A model generated the notes under the pieces. It saw nothing but the letters and a program-made list of their open reading frames with translations, did not search any database and was not told the DNA's origin. Below are positions 13,893-16,276 of a DNA stretch of 16,276 nucleotides, piece by piece. The stretch comes from a virus (lineage: Duplodnaviria > Heunggongvirae > Uroviricota > Caudoviricetes), in IMG/VR virus record IMGVR_UViG_3300033144_006348. One strand, given 5' to 3'. A program made the translations under genes and the position numbers. Within the stretch, counting starts at the first letter, position 1. The number at the start of each line of letters is the position of its first letter.

Positions 13893-14305
13893 AAATCGAG
13901 TGTTCAATATGTAATTGTGAAATTACAGACATTTCAATCTCTAAAACTTTAGAGGTAAGAGATGATTATGAAAAACAAGTCAGTAGTGGAGATTTCATTC
14001 AGGGACCACATGATAGAGAATATTTTTCAAGCAAAGTTAATGCTATATACTATAAGTGTAATTGTGGAGAACAAATTTTAAGATTACATGAAGATAATCG
14101 GATTGAAAATTTCATAAGAGACTCAAAAAGAATAGATCCAAATGATTTAGTGTATAATCATTATGGTAATTTAAAAATAGATAGTAAAGAAAAAAGTGAA
14201 TTATTTATTATAACGAGAGAGCAACTTGATTTATTAAAAGAAGCTCCTGAAAATATAAGAGATGAAGAGGTAGAGTCGATTCTAAAGAAAAATAAGCGGG
14301 CGTAG
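13889..14305 (+). CDS. hypothetical protein with CxxC...CxC, 138 aa; stop inside tRNA-Gly
   Basis: GGGGG RBS; TAG at tRNA positions 8-10. Confidence 0.7.
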   Translation: MKIECSICNCEITDISISKTLEVRDDYEKQVSSGDFIQGPHDREYFSSKVNAIYYKCNCGEQILRLHEDNRIENFIRDSKRIDPNDLVYNHYGNLKIDSKEKSELFIITREQLDLLKEAPENIRDEEVESILKKNKRA

Positions 14306-14370
14306 TTTACGTGGCAAAATATTGGGCTTCCACCCCGATGTAGGGGTTTCGAATACCCCCGTCCGCTCCA
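14296..14370 (+). tRNA. trnG: tRNA-Gly(UCC)
   Basis: Acceptor GCGGGCG/CGTCCGC, U73, CCA; anticodon arm TTGGG-CTTCCAC-CCCGA. Confidence 0.9.
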
Positions 14371-14386
14371 TTTGAAAGGAGACAAA

Positions 14387-14635
14387 ATGCTCCATGCCAT
14401 CATAGGAATAGTAATAGTATTTGTAGTATATTTCGGAGCGATGTATTTAGACTCTAAATTTGAAGCACGATCATTTAACAATGGAATCTGTCCAAAATGT
14501 GGAACAAATTTAAAATTGTTTAGAGGCTCACAGGGTAGAAGAGGATGGAAATGCTCAAATTGTGATTATCTTATTTGGATTAGTTATCCAAGTGTAGATA
14601 GAAAGCAACTAAAAAATGAAACAGCACCCATGTAA
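14387..14635 (+). CDS. single-pass membrane protein with cytoplasmic-type Zn ribbon, 82 aa
   Basis: GAAAGGAG RBS; hydrophobic N-terminus, then CPKCG...WKCSNC. Confidence 0.7.
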   Translation: MLHAIIGIVIVFVVYFGAMYLDSKFEARSFNNGICPKCGTNLKLFRGSQGRRGWKCSNCDYLIWISYPSVDRKQLKNETAPM

Positions 14636-14969
14636 AGAATGTATTATAAGGTCCTGCTGCAGGAAAGATTGTGGTAGCTACTACTCATTTAGAAAATCGT
14701 GGTGTTTTATTTCAGGTAATTTATCGCTTGTTATTTCAACAGTTGTATTATTCCCAATCATTATCTTGACAAGGCATTTTGAATTTGGAACACATATTTT
14801 CGGGATATTATACTTTTTATCTATAATTTTCTTAATTTTTTTAGAATTTCGTTCTCATCATGATCTTGACTTTTCAATTTTATTAATGGGAATAGCTCCA
14901 ATAACAATAGTAGCTCTTATATTTATAAAAATCGTGGAGATCCACACAAGAAAATATTCGGCACGTTAG
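14616..14969 (+). CDS. membrane protein (about 3 TM) with N-terminal CxxCxxxxxCxxxC motif, 117 aa; stop inside tRNA-Phe
   Basis: PCKECIIRSCCRKDC followed by hydrophobic segments; TAG at tRNA positions 8-10. Confidence 0.7.
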   Translation: MKQHPCKECIIRSCCRKDCGSYYSFRKSWCFISGNLSLVISTVVLFPIIILTRHFEFGTHIFGILYFLSIIFLIFLEFRSHHDLDFSILLMGIAPITIVALIFIKIVEIHTRKYSAR

Positions 14970-15034
14970 CTTAGGAGGTAGAGCGCCGGGTTGAAGCCCC
15001 GAAGGCTCCCGTTCGACTCGGGAACGTGCTACCA
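14960..15034 (+). tRNA. trnF: tRNA-Phe(GAA), G37 and G1:U72
   Basis: Acceptor GGCACGT/ACGTGCT, A73, CCA; anticodon arm CCGGG-TTGAAGC-CCCGA. Confidence 0.88.
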
Positions 15035-15048
15035 TAGGAGGATTTTTA

Positions 15049-15213
15049 ATGGCAAAAACTTATAACATTGTAGAAATTGAAGACTTTGCAGATGATGCTG
15101 CAACAATAGCTCTTTTAGATGCCGAAGGTGCTAATGATTGGGAACTAGCTGATATTACTTATAGTCCACAATCAAATGGAAGCACAACAGCTCTTTGTGT
15201 ATTTATAAAATAA
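15049..15213 (+). CDS. 54-aa acidic micro-protein, weakly DUF4177-like (not in the ORF track)
   Basis: AGGAGG RBS right after the tRNA CCA; MAKTYNIVEI...LDAEGANDWEL. Confidence 0.6.
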   Translation: MAKTYNIVEIEDFADDAATIALLDAEGANDWELADITYSPQSNGSTTALCVFIK

Positions 15214-15223
15214 GAGAACTATA

Positions 15224-15637
15224 TTGCAGTATCTAACAGAGAAAAAACGAACTATAAAACGGGTGAGAAGACTCAAAGGCAGTGGTGACGGAAACGTTCC
15301 AATGACATTATGGAGTCTTACTGTAACATATATAAACAATGTAAAAATAAATGAAACATTCAAAAGACAAGAATTATTTAATGGAATCAGAAACCTAAAA
15401 ACTAGATTCTTTTATCAATGTGTTATACATGAACCAACTATAGATACTTACAGAATGTGGTTAACTTCTTCTGAATTTATTGAAAAAACAGAAAACCCTG
15501 GAGTATATAAGAAGCTTCAGGATATTCCAGAAGATTTAACTATCACGAAACTACGAAAATATCTTTATGGGGATTCATGGAAAAAATGGTTTATACCAAG
15601 AGAAGAATCCTTGGGAACCAAAAAGGAAAAAATGTAG
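15224..15637 (+). CDS. hypothetical protein, 137 aa; TAG stop straddles the 5' end of tRNA-His
   Basis: TTG start, weak RBS. Confidence 0.55.
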   Translation: MQYLTEKKRTIKRVRRLKGSGDGNVPMTLWSLTVTYINNVKINETFKRQELFNGIRNLKTRFFYQCVIHEPTIDTYRMWLTSSEFIEKTENPGVYKKLQDIPEDLTITKLRKYLYGDSWKKWFIPREESLGTKKEKM

Positions 15638-15711
15638 TGGCCGAAGCCAACCGGTGAGGCGCAAGACTGTGGCTCTTGCTTTAGCGGGTTCGACTCCCGT
15701 CGGTCACCCCA
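15637..15711 (+). tRNA. trnH: tRNA-His(GUG), no genomic G-1, A at position 8
   Basis: Acceptor GTGGCCG/CGGTCAC, C73, CCA; anticodon arm CAAGA-CTGTGGC-TCTTG; base -1 is A15636. Confidence 0.88.
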
Positions 15712-15727
15712 AATAGAAAGGAAAAAG

Positions 15728-15997
15728 ATGAGTTTATTTAACGAAGGAAACGAATGGTCATATTTAACTGTATCAAAAGAAGAACATTATGCTTTTGATG
15801 CTAGAGCAAAAGAACAAAGAATATCTCCATCACAATTATGGATGAACATAATTACAGATAATGGACGAGTACCAATAAAACGAATTCTATGTGAAAAATC
15901 TGAAAATAATGAGAGTATCTGTGATGATCATTGTAATGATGAAGATTGCCCTTGGTTACGAGAACGAGGGATTGAAAGGAGTGAAAGGAGTAAGTAA
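15728..15997 (+). CDS. hypothetical protein, possibly ribbon-helix-helix-like N-terminus plus Cys/His-rich tail, 89 aa
   Basis: GAAAGGA RBS; YLTVSKEEHYAFDARAKEQRISPSQL resembles RHH strand-helix-turn-helix (fold call weak). Confidence 0.6.
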   Translation: MSLFNEGNEWSYLTVSKEEHYAFDARAKEQRISPSQLWMNIITDNGRVPIKRILCEKSENNESICDDHCNDEDCPWLRERGIERSERSK

Positions 15998-16000
15998 AAC

Positions 16001-16186
16001 ATGATAGAAGGTCAAATCTTAAAAAGAGTAAATCTCGCCATAGAGGCACATGGGGGAGAAAAATTTGACCGAATAAAATGTGGATGTATCTCCCAAAAGA
16101 GATTAAAGTGTAACTATTGTAAAATCTATTACGCTTTAATACAATGCAAAGATTATTTGAGAATGAGAATAAACAAGCCCTTATAG
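16001..16186 (+). CDS. small Cys-rich protein, 61 aa; stop inside tRNA-Arg
   Basis: AAGGAG RBS; CGC...CNYC...C; TAG at tRNA positions 8-10. Confidence 0.7.
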   Translation: MIEGQILKRVNLAIEAHGGEKFDRIKCGCISQKRLKCNYCKIYYALIQCKDYLRMRINKPL

Positions 16187-16255
16187 CTCAGTCCGGATTA
16201 GAGCGCCTGGCTACGAACTAGGAGGTCGTGGGTTCAAATCCCTCTAGGGGCTCCA
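16177..16255 (+). tRNA. trnR: tRNA-Arg(ACG), U73
   Basis: Acceptor GCCCTTA/TAGGGGC; anticodon arm CCTGG-CTACGAA-CTAGG; A20 present; CCA. Confidence 0.9.
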
Positions 16256-16276
16256 TTTTAAAAGGAGAATACTGGT

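Noticed and set aside
1752-15363. Minus-strand ORFs in the track (1752, 2422, 3950, 5399, 5869, 6855, 10116, 10653, 11206, 12370, 12599, 14161, 15172)
   Set aside because: All are antisense to well-supported + strand genes or RNAs, with no recognisable motifs; treated as shadow ORFs.
5133-16049. Nested same-strand alternative-frame ORFs (5133..5387, 7684..7941, 15852..16049)
   Set aside because: Lie inside stronger genes, with no motif or RBS support.
1268-16255. Integrase attachment sites or mobile elements at tRNA 3' ends
   Set aside because: No integrase or transposase and no duplicated tRNA 3' fragments seen, apart from the short ACCA-ending hairpin reported above.
1-16276. Genome-wide stop-codon reassignment (TAG or TGA recoded)
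   Set aside because: nadE, pncB, vWA and the small genes are intact and densely packed under code 11; TGA often forms ATGA overlaps and TAG 6928-30 abuts the next ATG.

Overview
AT-rich, almost entirely + strand, gene-dense window that looks like the tRNA-array/accessory region of a large bacteriophage (inference; no structural genes are present). It holds 14 tRNA genes and a complete tmRNA (ssrA, tag ADDYTQEFRLAA) interspersed among about 45 mostly small ORFs. Recognisable proteins: a 5'-truncated PTH2-like peptidyl-tRNA hydrolase, a vWA/MIDAS protein, a HAD-like hydrolase-nadE-pncB NAD-salvage cluster, three tandem DnaJ-type zinc-finger micro-genes, a P22 Gp17-like protein and six small proteins sharing a C-x2-C-x5-C-x3-C motif. 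The most unusual pattern is architectural: 9 of the 13 RNA genes that directly follow an ORF contain that ORF's stop codon, so tRNA 5' processing would leave non-stop mRNAs, in a region that also encodes a tmRNA and a Pth-like enzyme. Several tRNAs have altered identity elements (Ala with C3:C70, long-arm UAU, His without G-1, C33 loops, an ambiguous UCU/CUA tRNA). All calls are by manual reading; no database searches were run.
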